The notes beneath the pieces are model-generated. The model had not been told where the DNA came from. It was given only the letters and a program-made list of their open reading frames with translations, and made no database searches. Below are positions 13,430 to 27,049 of a stretch of 64,000 nt of DNA, one piece after another (position 1 is the stretch's first letter; each line of letters opens with the position of its first letter). The stretch covers positions 19,158,001 through 19,222,000 of the forward strand of contig NC_086108.1 of assembly GCF_963921235.1 (NCBI RefSeq), written 5' to 3'. The translations under genes and the position numbers were made by a program. Source of the stretch: Mobula hypostoma (taxonomy: Eukaryota).

Positions 13430-14145
13430 GAACTTGAAAACATACTGAGGACAACTCACACCCCTCTTTGGCACAGCAGCGGAAAATGCGAGCAGTTTCA
13501 AACTCCTGGCAGTGCACATATCACACAACCTCTCATGGTCCCAGAATACATTCTTCACAGTCGAGAAACTTAACCAATGACTCTATTTTCTGAGGAGGCT
13601 GAAGAGAGCTGGTCTATGCATACCCATCTTAAGAATTTGTACAGATACACAGTAGAGAGCATCCTAACATGATGCATCATTATGTGAAAGGAAACTGCTT
13701 TGTAGCAGACCATAGGGTTCTACAACAGGCTGTTAAAACTGCTCAATGCACCAGCAGCACCAGCCTACCACCATCAAAAGGTGCTAGAAAAAGGCCTGCA
13801 ATATCACAAAGGATCCTTTGCACCTTCTTATGAGCTGCTTGTCCCACTCCAATCAGGGAAGAGATTATGCCGCATCCATGCTAGGACCACTAGACTGAAA
13901 AACAGTTACTTCCCCCAAGCCATCACACCTCCACTCACTACACTCCCCTCCACACAGCATTAACATCATCTGGCATCACTTTGTTGTGTACATACAATCG
14001 GTCTACTGTTATAACAGTTACTTGTACATTGTGTTTTATAAGATTGCTTTTACATTTATATTTATTGTGCTTTTATTGTGTTCTTTATGATTTATGTAAC
14101 AATCATTTCATTCTCCTTTGAAGTGACAACCTTGAATCTTAACTC
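13430..14145 (+). mobile_element. Rex1-type LINE 3' fragment
   Basis: SFKLLAVHISHNLSW; PLQSGKRLCRIHARTTRLKNSYFPQAI; tail cttgaatcttaactcttga. Confidence 0.75.
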
Positions 14146-14802
14146 TTGAAAAGTATAGGTCACAGGTGAATTACCAATAATTATAGTTGATTGTTATTTC
14201 ACCAAAACTGATAGGCAAGGATTGGCTTCGTGAAAACCATACCTAGATACATTATTACAATAGTAAGCAGAAAAGTTGTAAGTCACTTGCACAGATTATG
14301 ACGCTCCTATCTTAATCCAGCCAAATCTAAAATTAATCTCCCGTGAGCCCTGATGTTCAAACTACACAAAAGTGTGGAAAAATTAGGTAAATTATAATGA
14401 AATGGAGTTTCAAGCAAGAGTGACTGGTCAATACCATGTAATGTATTGCTTATAGTGCACAAAAATAAACTACTGAATGAACTCGGCTGGTCAAGCAGCA
14501 TCTCTGGAGGAAAAATAATCCTATATCAGGATTATTGGACCTAGTGGTTTTATTAGTTCCAACAGATCTTTTGCTCCAGATCCCAGCATCTGCAGTCACT
14601 TGTGTCTTCTTAATGTGGGCAACACTATTTGGCAATGCAGTGATTATAAAGTGACACTGAATGGGCACTTAACAACAAAGTGATTCCCACTGCATCCATC
14701 ACAGGATGTTCACACTGAGTTGGAAGGAGGCACAATCTTCACCAAGTTATTTCTGCCATGTGATAATGTTCAGTTGTAGGTGGACCAGGGATACTTGATA
14801 CA

Positions 14803-14925
14803 AGTCTTGATGAAGGGTCTTGGCCAAAAATGAAGGGTCTTTATTCCTCTCAAGACCTGCTAAAGTTCCTCCAGCATTTTGTGTGTGTTACTCTGGATTT
14901 CCAGCATCTGCAGAACCTCTTGTAT
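14803..14925 (+). mobile_element. Penelope-like pLTR fragment with degenerate hammerhead-like motif
   Basis: agtcttgatgaagggtcttggcc...ttcctccagcattttgtgtgtgttactctggatttccagcatctgcagaa. Confidence 0.65.
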
Positions 14926-15298
14926 GTGCAAGGTCTTTATTCATACTGCTGAATGTTGTAAAATCATCACTGAAGATCATCCAGGATACTGTGGAAAGAT
15001 ATAGATTGTTGCCAATTCCATCAAGGTTATGAACTCTATGCTGCACAGCTCAATGATTCTACCAAAGGACACACTATTACAAAAGTAAGGAGAAATATTT
15101 CAAGATACATGCACAAGTTATGAAGCTCAAATTCATATCAAGCCAGATCTAACATTAATTTCCTGCAAGTGAAATGAAACTCACAAGGAAATGCACATTT
15201 GTACAGGACAAAACTATTTATCTAGGGCCAACAGTAGAAGCAAGTGGATTGCCACCAGTTCAAGAAAGGAGTGAAGTCAACTTTATTGTCATTTAACT

Positions 15299-17560
15299 GT
15301 GAAATTAGAAAAAGAGAAGCCGAAATCTGATGTGTCGGTGTTTCAGTGGAGTAAAGGAAACTACAGTGGCATGAGAGAGGAACTGGCCAAAGTTGACTGG
15401 AAAGAGACACTTGGCGGGAAAGACGGCAGAGCAGCAGTAGCTGGAGTTTATGCGAGAAATGAGGAAGGTGCAAGACAGGTATATTCCAAAAAAGAAGAAA
15501 TTTTCGAGTGGAGAAAGGATGCAACCGTGGTTGACAAGAGAAGTCAAAGCCAAAGTTAAAGCTAAGGAGCAAGGAAGCAAAAATTAGTGGGAAGACAGAG
15601 GATTGGGAAGTCTTTAAAACCTTACAAAAGGAAACCAAGAAGGTCATTAAGAGAGAAAAGATTAACTATGAAAGGAAACTAGCAAATAATATCAAAGAGG
15701 ACACTAAAAGCTTTTTCAACTATAAAGAGTAAAAGACAGGTGAGAGTAGATATAGGACCGATAGAAAATGATACTGGAGAAATTGTAATGGGAGATGAGG
15801 AGATGGCAGAGGAACTGAACAAGTATTTTGCATCAGTCTTCACTGAGGAAGACAGCAGGATACCGGACACTCAAGGGTGGCAGGGAAGAGAAGTATGCGC
15901 AGTCACAATTACGACCGAGAAAGTACTCAGGAAGCTGAATAGGCTAAAGGTCGATAAAACTCCTGGACCAGATGGAATGCACCCTCGTGTTCTGAAGGAA
16001 GTAGCTGTGGAGATTGCGGAGTGGAGATTGCGGAGGCATTAACGATGATCTTTCAGAAGTCGATAGATTCTGGCATGGTTCCGGAAGACTGGAAGATTGC
16101 AAATGTCACTCCGCTATTCAAGAAGGGGGCAAGGAAGCAAAAAGGAAATTATAGACCTGTTAGCTTGACATCGGTGGTTGGGAAGTTGTTGGAGTCGATT
16201 GTCAAGGATGAGGTTACAGAGTACCTGGAGGCATATGACAAGATAGGCAGAACTCAGCATGGATTCCTTAAAGGAAAATCCTGCCTGACAAACCTATTAC
16301 AATTTTTTTGAGGAAATTACCAGTAGGCTAGACAAGGGAAATGCAGTGGATGTTGTATATTTGGATTTTCAGAAGGCCTTTGATAAGGTGCCACACATGA
16401 GGCTGCTTAACAAGATAAGAGCCCATGGAATTACAGTAAAGTTACATACGTGGATAGAGCGTTGGCTGATTGGCAGGAAACAGAGAGTGGGAATAAAGGG
16501 ATCCTATTCTGGTTGGCTGCCGGTTACCAGTGGTGTTCCACAGGGATCAGTGTTGGGGCCGCTTCTTTTTACATTGTACATCAACGATTTGGATTATGGA
16601 ATAGATGGCTTTGTGGCTAAGTTTGCTGATGATACGAAGATAGGTGGAGGGGCTGGTAGTGCTGAGGAAACGGAGAGTCTGCAGAGAGACTTGGATAGAT
16701 TGGAAGAATGGGCAGAGAAGTGGCAAATGAAGTACAATGTTGGAAAGTGTATGGTTATGCACTTTGGCAGAAAAAATAAACGGGCAGACTATTATTTAAA
16801 TGGGGAAAAATTCGAAGTTCTGAGATGCAATGGGACTTGGGAGTCCTCGTACAGGATTCCCTTAAAGTTAACCTCCAGGTTGAGTCGGTAGTGAAGAGAG
16901 CGAATGCAATGTTGGCATTCATTTCTAGAGGAATAGAGTATAGGAGCAGGGATGTGATGTTGAGGCTCTGTAAGGCGCTGGTGAGACCTCACTTGGAGTA
17001 CTGTGGGCAGTTTTGGTCTCCTTATTTAAGAAAGGATGTGCTGACGTTGGAGAGGGTACAGAGAAGATTCACTAGAATGATTCAGGGAATGAGAGGGTTA
17101 ACATATGAGGAACGTTTGTCCGCTCTTGTTCTGTATTCCTTGGAGTTTAGGAGAATGAGGGGAGACCTCATAGAAACATTTTGAATGTTAAAAGGCATGG
17201 ACAGAGTGGTTGTGGCAAAGTTGTTTCCCATGATGGGGGAGTCTAGTACGAGAGGGCATGACTTCAGGATTGAAGGGCACCCTTTCAGAACAGAAATGCG
17301 AAAAAATTTTTTTAGTCAGAGGGTGGTGAATCTATGGAATTTGTTGCCTTTGTTGCCACGGGCAGCAGTGGAGGCCAAGTCATTGGGTGTATTTAAGGCA
17401 GAGATTGATAGGTATCTGAGTAGCCAGGGCATCAAAGGTTATGGTGAGAAGGCGGGGCAGTGGGACTAAATAGGACAAAATGGATCAGCTCATGATAAAA
17501 TGGCGGAGCAGACTCGATGGGCCGAATGGCCTACTTCTGCTCCTTTGTCTTATGGTCTTA
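15299..17560 (+). mobile_element. CR1 LINE, 2.3-kb 5'-truncated copy; ORF2 reverse transcriptase pseudogene
   Basis: Consecutive ORFs give KTPGPDGMHPRVLKE, WKIANVTPLFKKG, NYRPVSLTS, QHGFLKGKSCLTNL, YLDFQKAFDKVPH, SGVPQGSVLGPLLF, KFADDTK and FFSQRVVNLWN. Broken by a 14-bp duplication (16007-16034), frameshifts and TGA at 17182-17184. Tail tcttatggtctta. Confidence 0.96.
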
Positions 17561-18660
17561 TATACATGTATACCGTCAAACGAGACAACGTTTCTCCGAA
17601 CCAGGGTGTAAAGCACAACAGTACAGATAACATACATAACACATAATAACTTATGAAAGTAAGGATGAAATCTACAGATGAATTACACATAAATAAACAA
17701 ACTAAAGTGCATAAATTAAGTATTATAAGGTACAGAACAGATTAACCAGTGACACTTTGAATGCGATGTGGCAGGGAGTTCAGAAGCATGATGGCCTGAG
17801 GGAAGAAACTGTTTCCCACCCTGACCATTCCTGTTTCTATGCATCGGAGTCTCCTGTCTGATGGTAGAAAGGCAAAGAGGATGCTGGATGGATAGGTGGG
17901 ATCCTTAATAATAGTAACAGTCCTGCATACACAGCGCTCCTGATAAATATTGCCGATGGATGGTAGGGAGATCCCTATGACCTTCTCAGCCACTCTCACA
18001 GTCCTTTGCAGGGACTTTCAGTATGATGCTCTACAGTACCCATACCAGATGAAGATGCACTTGTCAGGATACTCCCAATGGTGCTCCTGTAAAATGCAGT
18101 TAGGGGCAGGAAGCCTCACTTTCCTCAATCTCCTTAGAAAGTGGAGATGCTGCTATGCCTTCTTGTTCAGGGAGCTGATATTAAGGGACCAGATGAGGGC
18201 ACCTGTGATGAGAACTCCCAGGAACTTGATGCACTTAACTCTCTCTATGGAGGAGCCATGTATTCGCAGAGGGGAATGTTGCATCTGCACCTTCCTGGAA
18301 TCCACAATGGTTTCTTAGGTCTTTGTCATGTTGTCCTTCTCACACCAGTCCACCAGCTGTTCCACTTCCGCTCTGTACTCCGACTCATCATTGTTGTTGA
18401 TGAGGCCAACCACTGTTGTGTCATCCGCAAACACGATGACATGATCTGAACTGAATCCTGCGATTCAATCATGTGTCATGCATCAGCAGTGGCTGAGCAC
18501 ACAGCCATGGGGAGTACCAGTCCTCAGCATAATAGGACTGGGAACATTGCTGCTCAGACGGACTGACTGTGGCCTTTCCGTTAAGAAGTCCAGGATCCAA
18601 TTGAAGAGGGAGGTGTTGAGGTCCAGCAGGAAAGCTTCCCCACCATTTTCTGGGATATGA
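17561..18660 (-). mobile_element. Rex1-type LINE 3' fragment (host of the CR1 copy; its extreme tail lies at ~15272-15298)
   Basis: RVAEKVIGISLPSI..IYQERC..IIKDPTYPSSILFAFLPSDRRLR...[31 protein letters not shown]-like sequence at ~18400-18430. Confidence 0.85.
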
Positions 18661-19967
18661 TCTCAAAGACAATGAAACCTCAAAGAGGGAATCAATCTCT
18701 AAGACAATGCAACTTCAAAGCATTGCAGATGCATTGTTGAGTTTACCTTGTGGTCTTCAGCCAAGACCTTCCCATTCATCCAGAGAACCTTTAGTCACCA
18801 ATGCTCAGTGAGTTAGGGTTCCCTTTTCTCAAACTTCCCCCTATCTCACCCCTCAACCTTGTCATTTCTCAGCCCATTTTCAGAAGTCCTTTCAAAAGCG
18901 AACACATCTTCTGCCCAACTGTGAGTCTAGCCCAATCCTTGATGAAATACTACGTGAGATTGTAAAGCTTTATAAGGCCACAATTCTGAATGCTTATCAT
19001 ACTATTACCTTGAAGAAGCAAATAGTGCTTTCAACTGGCGTAGTGAGGCTTGCGTTGATTTAACATAAGATGCAATATGTATTTTATTAGTAGCTCTTCC
19101 GTCTTAATCTAGAAAAAGTTCCTTTCCAGGCAATTAGAGGATGAACTTTTAAAGACCAGGACTGACCAGACCTATTCCAACAACATGTTGGGTGAGCTGC
19201 CAAATCATTAATTTTATGAGCTTACTCAGGTTTCCAACTTATCTGATTTCAAGGTGGTTTCTGTTTCTGTATCAGATTTTACTTGGGGAAAGATTTGGCC
19301 CAAGCCCAAAGAGAGAATGGCAAAAGAAAACAGGAACTAACTTATATTTTCTGGTACTTTTTGCAACCTTGTGATAGCTCAAGGCCATTTTACAACAAAA
19401 AACAAATACGGGTCTTATAGCTGAAGTTACGGAGGAGATGTGAAAGCCAAGTTCTTCCCTTATAATAGATGACCTCACAAGCCACATTGTTTTTCTTACA
19501 TTGAATAGGTGGTAATAATTGACTGGGACACTAGAAACAACTCCACACCTTCTGTAACTAGAACTACAGCATCTTTTGCAACCTCCAAGAATTGCCTCAA
19601 CTTAAACACAGCAAAGGCTGGTTTGTGACTGCGCAGGTTCTGATTTAGAAACAAGAGCACTGCCCACACAACAGAATAAGGGGCTGCAGCTGGATAAAAG
19701 AGGAACAGTTTGTGTTCACACCTGGCCAGGTGGTAAGTGATGCCTTCTGATGTCCAGCAAACTGGGCACACTCAGTCCTCTTGCAGATTCTTTTTTAAAT
19801 GAATGGAGGAGTCACTGCCCTTAAAGTCACCCTCCAATTTTCTTCCAAACATTCCTAGTCTCTGCTTCCAGCTGTACTTCTTCTTCAATGTCCCATTTCA
19901 AAGAAAAGTCAATAATTGATGACAACTACTTGTGCGTGAAGTGCATCAAATCTCAGCTCAATGAAGA

Positions 19968-20185
19968 CAAAAGAGACTGCAAGTACTAGAATCTAGAGCA
20001 ACACGCAAAGCACTGGAGAAATTCAGTAGGTCAGGCAGCATCTATGTAGGGAAATAAACAGTCAATATTTCAGGTCAAGACACTTCTTCTGGACTGAGGA
20101 TATCCAGATGAAGGGTCTCAGCCTGAAATGTCAACTGCCCTTTCTCTCCTGACCCACTGAGTTCATCCAGTACTTTTTGTGTTAC
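19968..20185. mobile_element. Older Penelope-like inverted pLTR pair
   Basis: The left arm (...cagtcaatatttcaggtcaagacacttcttctggactg) and right arm (ccagatgaagggtctcagcctgaaatgtcaactg...) are diverged inverted copies. Confidence 0.7.
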
Positions 20186-21769
20186 ATCTCAGCTCTAATT
20201 GATCTCAACTATTCCCAATGCTCTTTGTTTTTGATAAAAGTCACTGGATAGAAACTTAGTAAATGTCCACTCGCACTCAAAAGCACTGAAGCTACTTCAC
20301 CTACAAATCTCAGATAAGGATTGCAAACCAACATTAAGGCCTGAGAATCTAATTATTGGAAGAGCTTTACTGCTACAAAGGTGGTGTTGTCTGAAGTATC
20401 TGATGACTGCTCCTCATGTCTGTTCATTCACATCAAACTGGTTTCTACCTAGCCTGTGTAATGATAGATGTAGAGATCTGTATACACCTATCAATTGAAC
20501 ACAAGAAAATAGGAGCAGAAGTAAGCCTCTGGGCCCAACAAGCCTACTGCTCCTTTCAGTATGATCCTGACTGATCTCAGGTTTTGTACAAGCAATGATC
20601 AGTACCAGCCACCAAAAGTATGCAGAAATCTGCAAACATTCCACCACTGCTAAACCACAAAATAATCCTACTAAAGAAGCATTGTCCCATTCTTTCCATG
20701 AGCAATTGGCTTTCCTTTCCCTCCTTGGAAACGCTTAATGGGATCAAATGGCCAAGTTTCCGGCATTTTGCTACAATGAAAGAAAGTGATGGACTTAGTG
20801 CTGAGGCTCAATTAATCGGCTCAAAATGTTAATCTGTTTACTCCACTTCCAAAGAGAAAGAGTTAATTACAGACCGACATCCTCCCCCTGACTGTCAGCT
20901 ATGACTGCTTTCCATAAAAAAAAAGGTAAAAGATTTAGTATGCATTATTTTGCAGCATGGAAGGTAAAGAACAGTGCAGTGGGAGGCTCATCTGCTGTGA
21001 ACACTATCAATTCAGAAGCCCCTGATTATCCGCACTGCTCTTCCCAATAAGTTCCTTCACTTCTCATGTAAATAGTATTCACCTTGAAACCTTCTATGAG
21101 GAATTTCTATCTCGAAGGACTTTTTAACTTTTAAATCCTTGTCCCTTTTTCTGAACAGTTGAAAAATATGACTGACTGAAGAATGAATTGGATTAAATCT
21201 GTCTGCTGGGTGGTATTTAAAAACCTCTCAGTACCTCTTTGAAAAAGAAATGGAGAGTTCTCCATTGTATTCTGCCCAAAATTCATCCCTCAGACCTATA
21301 TGACTTCAAACAATTTAATTGGTGGCACAGGGGTGCAGCTAGTCGATCTGCTGCCTTACAGTTCCTGTGATGTGGGTTCATTTCTGACCTCTGGTGCAGT
21401 TTGCTCATTCTCCCTTTGACCACGTGAGTTTCCCCTGAGTACATCATTTATATCTGCAAACACTGAATTTCAGTGCTTTATCTTATGAGGTTCATAGACA
21501 GCACTTCCACTCTGACAATGGAACAGGTTAACAAGCTTTCCATTCAAAGGAGGCTACCCGCAAGTACTAGGCTGCTCAGCATGGCAACAAAATTCTTTAA
21601 TTTAAAACTGCAAATCGGTTGAAGAGCTGCAAGATTTCCTTTCATAGAAGAACAGCACCTCAAATTCTATCTGTGTAAGCTACAATCCTTCCGGTAAGAT
21701 AGCTATGCACTGGGGCACAATGGCTTCTATGGGGTTAACCAAAGATGTTATTGTCTTTCTTTAAACATA

Positions 21770-22925
21770 TCTTTTACAATCACAAGACCCTGCTAGACAT
21801 TAAGAACTTAAAGAACTGCAGGTCTACCCCATCAGCAGTTTCCTCACTGGCAAAAAAACTGAAGGAGCTGGACTTGGTGTGGATAGTGATACTGCCCGCA
21901 TCAGAGAGGCATCAAAGTCAGTGAAGATTCAAAGAACATTTATTATCAAAGCATATATAAATGATACAACTTTGAAATTTGTCTGCTTACAGGCAGCCAC
22001 AAAACACAAAACCTGAAATAATCCAATTTAAAAAAGACCAACACCCAATGCACAGCGAAAGAGAAAGAAAAACACAAACAATAAAAGCAAGCTACAGCAT
22101 TCCGAACCAAATTCAGTCTTTAGCCCTAAATCCCCGGAGCAACTGGAGTAGGTCCAAAGCTTCGGTCTCAAGTTTATTGTATAGCAGGGCAAGCCACTTC
22201 TAATCTCACGGACACGAAACGCATAGCAGCAAGAGCAGACTCACAGCCTCAGTGCCGTGGAGAGAGGAGGGAACATCGCAGGAGAGTGAGCAAAAGCTGA
22301 CCCTCAGCTCCAGTCCCAGCAGCCTGCCTTTCCAATCTATCTGGGCTGGCGCCTAAATCATCCAAACACCAGGGGTCATATCCAGAAGCCGTGTGCAGTC
22401 TAACAACGAGTGATTATCTTAATCACTTCCCTTGTGTTCACAAGACTCTGTTGGACATTGGTGGCATGGAAAGCTGTAAGTCCAATTCATTGGTTTATTC
22501 ATGAACGATGGTGGGGAGCTGTGTGGACTTTGTCGTAGCAAGGACTAAGCCTCAAGCTGCGGTGTCGTCTATTTGCTGCCGCCCAGGTGGACGCGCCAGA
22601 GTCAGGCGCTCCACCAGAGTGCCAGAGGTGATGTGGCGCAGCATCCATGCAGGAGTCAGTGCAGCCCTCCAGTGTTCATTCGGCAGAAGACAAGCTGCAT
22701 TGTGCTCAAAAGCAGACTGCTGCAACATTCATGGACTTAGGATCTTGGACTATATATTTTTTGTGTGACTGTATTTTACTGCTATCCTGTATGTGCTAAA
22801 TGTGTCTTGTGCTGTGTGGGACTGTTGGTACTGTGTTTTGGACCTTGGCCCCAGAGTAAAGCTGTTTTGTATGTCTGTTCATGGGCATTCATCTATGGTT
22901 GAATGACAATTCAATTTTAACCTGA
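21770..22925. mobile_element. Cluster of unclassified non-autonomous retroelement fragments
   Basis: Related starts caagaccctgctagacatt (21783) and caagactctgttggacatt (22441). A minus-strand tail-like aagattcaaagaacatttattatcaaag at ~21925 and a plus-strand tail gaatgacaatt at ~22900. Confidence 0.4.
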
Positions 22926-22964
22926 AGAATGGCATGAATACTGAGTACTCCATTTTTATGTAGC

Positions 22965-23420
22965 TTGCTCTCCCACTGTCCCTTTCTCTATCTTTCTGAT
23001 CTACCCAGATCCTCTTAAATGCACCTTTGTCCCCAACCCCCAGACTCCTTATCACCTGGTTCCTTTCCCGTTCTCCTATGTGCTCCATCTGTCTATTTCA
23101 TAATCATCCCACTGGGTCCTCTCACTGTTCCCATCTGCCCTGCCAACCTCTCTCCCCTGATTCCATGCTCCAATTTCCTTTCCACTCAGACTCAATCATC
23201 CACATTCCTTTGTCACCTTCACCCATCCCCTCCCAATTGTTATTTGCACTCTTCCCTTCCTCATTCTGAAAATCACTCCTCCTCATGTGGATCCACCTAT
23301 CACTTGCCAGCTCTGGCTCAACCACCCCCCCTCATTTCTTCATACAGTTCATCTTCCCTCTATTCTTTCAGTGAAGATGAAGGACCTTGACTTGACTGAC
23401 CCGAAGCATTAACAAAACTT
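22965..23420 (+). mobile_element. Penelope-like pyrimidine-rich 3' region remnant
   Basis: C/T-rich tract with cacctatcacttgccagct, ending tctttcagtgaagatgaaggacc...cccgaa; same architecture as 42370-42830. Confidence 0.5.
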
Positions 23421-23483
23421 TCTGCATTTTCACTCAAGGAGAACTGCATGTAACGAGAACTGTATAAATCATCTCCTTCTACC

Positions 23484-23681
23484 TTAGGCCACAAACTTAA
23501 CAATCACCCCTGCTGTGGACCATTTCTGAAGGTCCAAGATACTGACTTCTACAAAGAAGGGATCTGTATGCTCCACGACCGCTGGACTAAGTGTGTAAAT
23601 GCAGGAAAAACAAATGTGCCTAGGTTTTCTAAAATTGACTTCTTCTATCTTAGGCCACAAACTTATCAATCACCCCTCGTA
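23484..23681 (+). mobile_element. Mariner transposon 3' remnant with terminal repeat
   Basis: DFYKEGICMLHDRWTKCVNAG resembles a mariner transposase C-terminus. It ends ttaggccacaaacttatcaatcacccctcgTA, and a second same-orientation copy of this terminus lies at 23484-23511. Confidence 0.7.
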
Positions 23682-23779
23682 TTATACACAGATTTGGTCT
23701 CCCTAACTTTTGAAGAATATACTGTACTTGTGATAGAGCAAGAGAAGACAGATTCACCATGCTGATTATTAAGCAGAAA

Positions 23780-24155
23780 TTATGTAGACTTTGCCTGAAC
23801 TCTCTTGGGTTTAAAAGAATGAAAGGTGATCTCATTGAAACCCACAGAACAGTTGCAGAGCTCATCAGGGAAGATGCATATTTGCTGTTTTTCCTGGCTC
23901 ATATGCTCCAGGTGTAATTGAGGGGGTTGGACAGAGAGAAGAAAATTCTTTATCTAGAGGGTGGTGAATCTTTGAAATCCTCTGCTGAGAGGGCTGTGGA
24001 GGATGAGTCACAATATATTAGAGAGTTTATGATCAAGGGGATCAAGGGATGGGCAGCAAAGTAGGGCTGAGGTAAAAGATCTACCTTGATCTGTTTGAAT
24101 GGTAACACAGGGACAAGGGGCATAATGGATTCTTGCCTCTATTTCTTATGTCCTT
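23780..24155 (+). mobile_element. Old CR1 3' fragment
   Basis: aaaagaatgaaaggtgatctcattgaaac; agagggtggtgaatctttg; tail tatttcttatg. Confidence 0.65.
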
Positions 24156-24709
24156 ACCTAATGAGTCATGTAACATTTCTTATTGCTCTGTTAGCACAAG
24201 AGGAATGACATTAATTATCACTCAAATAAAATAGCCAAAGTCAGTTGATTTTAAGAGTGCTAATACAAATGTGTTTGCTGCTTAAATTCTCTCATAGCCT
24301 TGTATGAGCTGTGTACTGCCATCACTTTGCGGAATGTAGTATTGAATAAGTGGACGTCTGGGATCCAAATGTTGGCCTGTTCCTGATGCACCAGATTACA
24401 AATGCAGTTTAACTCTCTGACACCATAAAGCTGACTTTCTGGATCAACATCACCATAAAGACAAGGGGCCTGTGAAGAATGGGTCACATGACAGATCCTC
24501 CTCTCCCTTTCACTCTATTTCCCCATCTGACTCATTCTTAGACAGGAAGGGGGAATGGGGCAGGCTGATGCTGTCACATGACTGGGCAAAGAGACTGTTG
24601 GCAGAGTCTTGGAAACAGTTCCTCTCATCCTCTGCTGTCTGTGACCAGCACCCCCTCCTCCATGGTCAAGCTGGGGAACATAGCTCAACTAGAGAATGAA
24701 CAAGATGGG

Positions 24710-25170
24710 ATCTCAGCACCATTCAGGCCATGCCGTCTTCTCACAGCTACCCACTGGGCAGAAGCATCATCCAGCACCATCCAAGCCATACCAGAACATC
24801 CATCTTAGCACCATCCAGGCCGTGCCATCTTCTCACTATTACCATCAGACTTAAGGTACAGAAGCCTGAAGTCCTACACCACCAGGTTCAAGAGCAGCTA
24901 CTTCCCTTCAACCATCTGATTCTTGAAAAAACCTGCACAACCCTGATTACTACCTCAGTAGAGCAAAATCATGACCACTTTGATCATTTTGCATTAAAAT
25001 TAATTTTTTTTGACCTGTGTTTTTCTTGTAAAAACTTACATATGATTTATGTTTGCTTTTCTCGTGAATGTTATTTACATGATGTCATGTACCTGTAATG
25101 CAGCTGCAAGTAAGTTTTTCATTGCACCCATGGACATCTGCATGCGACAACTCAACTTTGACTTTGACCT
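24710..25170 (+). mobile_element. Rex1-type LINE 3' tail
   Basis: caccaccaggttcaagagcagctacttcccttcaaccatc; tail actttgactttgac. Confidence 0.65.
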
Positions 25171-25671
25171 GGTACATGCAATGAGCCCCAGTGAACAAAA
25201 AACAGGTTTTTGGGACTAAGATGTGTCCTGATGCTATGAGTTGCAGACTGTATGCAAGTATTCCACAAGTTTAGAATCGGTTAAGTTATGGCAATCTTCA
25301 GGCCAAAGCTGGTAATAGTGATGATGGGACAGGGTGTATGGCAGCATTTCAACCTGCCATGCTGGTCAGAAGGTACTTCAGGCGATTGGAGATTGTGAAA
25401 AGTTTGCAATCCCCTTTCTGTTATTCTAGGCATCTGCAGATCAACCTCCCATAGACCTGAGCCACGGTGGAACTCTCAATACCTTGACTTAGCATTGGGA
25501 GAGTGCTCCCCATTGATTCACTGATCCCTAGGGGTAGTAACTTCTAATCCTGCCTTTCTGCAGCAAGTTAGTTAGTGTTCATCATGCAGATTCACCATGA
25601 AATGGAACTCATGGGTTGCGGGAGATTAATGAGGATACCTCTGATTTTCCCTGAGGCTAATGGCCAAGTGA

Positions 25672-26165
25672 TATAGAGCATTGAATATTTCTGCACATGA
25701 ACAGGTCCTTTGGCCCACCTTATTGTATTGAACTGATTTAACTAGTAATTAAATGCTTAACTAAACTAGGCCCTTCTGCGAACACTATGTCCATATCCGT
25801 CCATTTTCTGCACTTTCATATGCCTATTGAACACCCTTTTGAATGCCCCTCTCGTATCTGTCTCCACCATCACTTCTAGCAAGACATTCCAGGCACACTC
25901 TCTCCCCTCACCTTACTCTCTAGTATTAGACATTTTAAACCTAGGAAGAAGGATACCAACTATTATATCTATGCCTCATAATCATAAACCTGGTCTCTCC
26001 TCTGCCACTCTAGAGAAACAAACAAATTTGTCCAACCTCTCTCCTCACAACACATGCTGTCTAATCCAGGCTGCATCCTGGTAAAACTTTTCTTCACCCT
26101 CTCAAAAGCCTCCACGTCCTTCCTATAAAGGGTGACAAGAATGGATGTGACCAAACTAGAGTTTC
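25672..26165 (-). mobile_element. CR1 3' fragment
   Basis: YRKDVEAFERVKKSFTRMQPGL in ORF 25969-26154. Confidence 0.7.
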
Positions 26166-26729
26166 ATAACTCATGTCATCCTTTAAACCACATGGCAGGA
26201 AATGCAACGATTGCAGGTATACACAAGCAACAATGAGGGAAATTCAGAAATCAAAATGATTAGAAAGGGTGATGAGACAAGGTTGCAGACTGCCACCATG
26301 ATAGGAACCAACACTTGGAGCAGACTGAAGGTTTCACATTCTCTCTATACAGCTCATACTGTGCCTGCATCATGGTGTAATCGACATAATAACCCCCGCT
26401 CCACACATTATACACATGCATCCTGTCTAGAGAGACTGTGAATTTGATAAGCAGCTAATGCGTAGTATTAAACAATTCACACCCAAACGTTACAACCAAT
26501 GGTAGTACTGGAAATTCAAAATGTCACCAATGAAAGTTGTTATGTTGCAATCTGTTTGCTCACTGACACGTTTCAATGTTGATTACTGTTTCACAGTAAC
26601 ATGGTCTTCTGCTGCGACTGAATATTGAATCATTCTCAGTACAAGCTCCTGAATGAAAACAGGCTGAGAAAATACAAATTATCAATGACCAGCTAATGTG
26701 AAGTAAAGCGCATTTTTGTGACAAAACCA

Positions 26730-27045
26730 TAAAAGTTTATTTACACAACAAATACCCAAAATACAAACATTCAGTAGTTACAAGACAGTGAATAAATTCA
26801 AATTAAAATATGATTATTACTGTCTATAAAACAATCAACTCCCTAGTAGGCCCACTGCTCCCAGAATCCCCCATTGTGTCCCATGCTCCCTCTCCAAGGA
26901 CAACCGGGCATAAACGTACCCTCGGAAGAGGGGCAGGCAGTTAGCCCTAGCAGAGCCCTTGGCTTTCCACCAACTAGACCTGTGAACGGCCATCCAGGCC
27001 AGGCTCACGAGCAAGCCCACCAGTAGATCCTCTTCGTGACCCACA
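26730..27045 (-). mobile_element. Tx1/L1-type LINE 3' end
   Basis: EDLLVGLLVSLAWMAVHRS...ANCLPLFRGYVYARLSLEREH resembles a Tx1-type ORF2 C-terminus. T-rich UTR with AATAAA on the minus strand near 26740. Confidence 0.6.
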
Positions 27046-27049
27046 AGTA

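Noticed and set aside
15740..17469. Active reverse transcriptase gene
   Set aside because: 5'-truncated CR1 with several frameshifts and stops, lacking ORF1 and an intact endonuclease.
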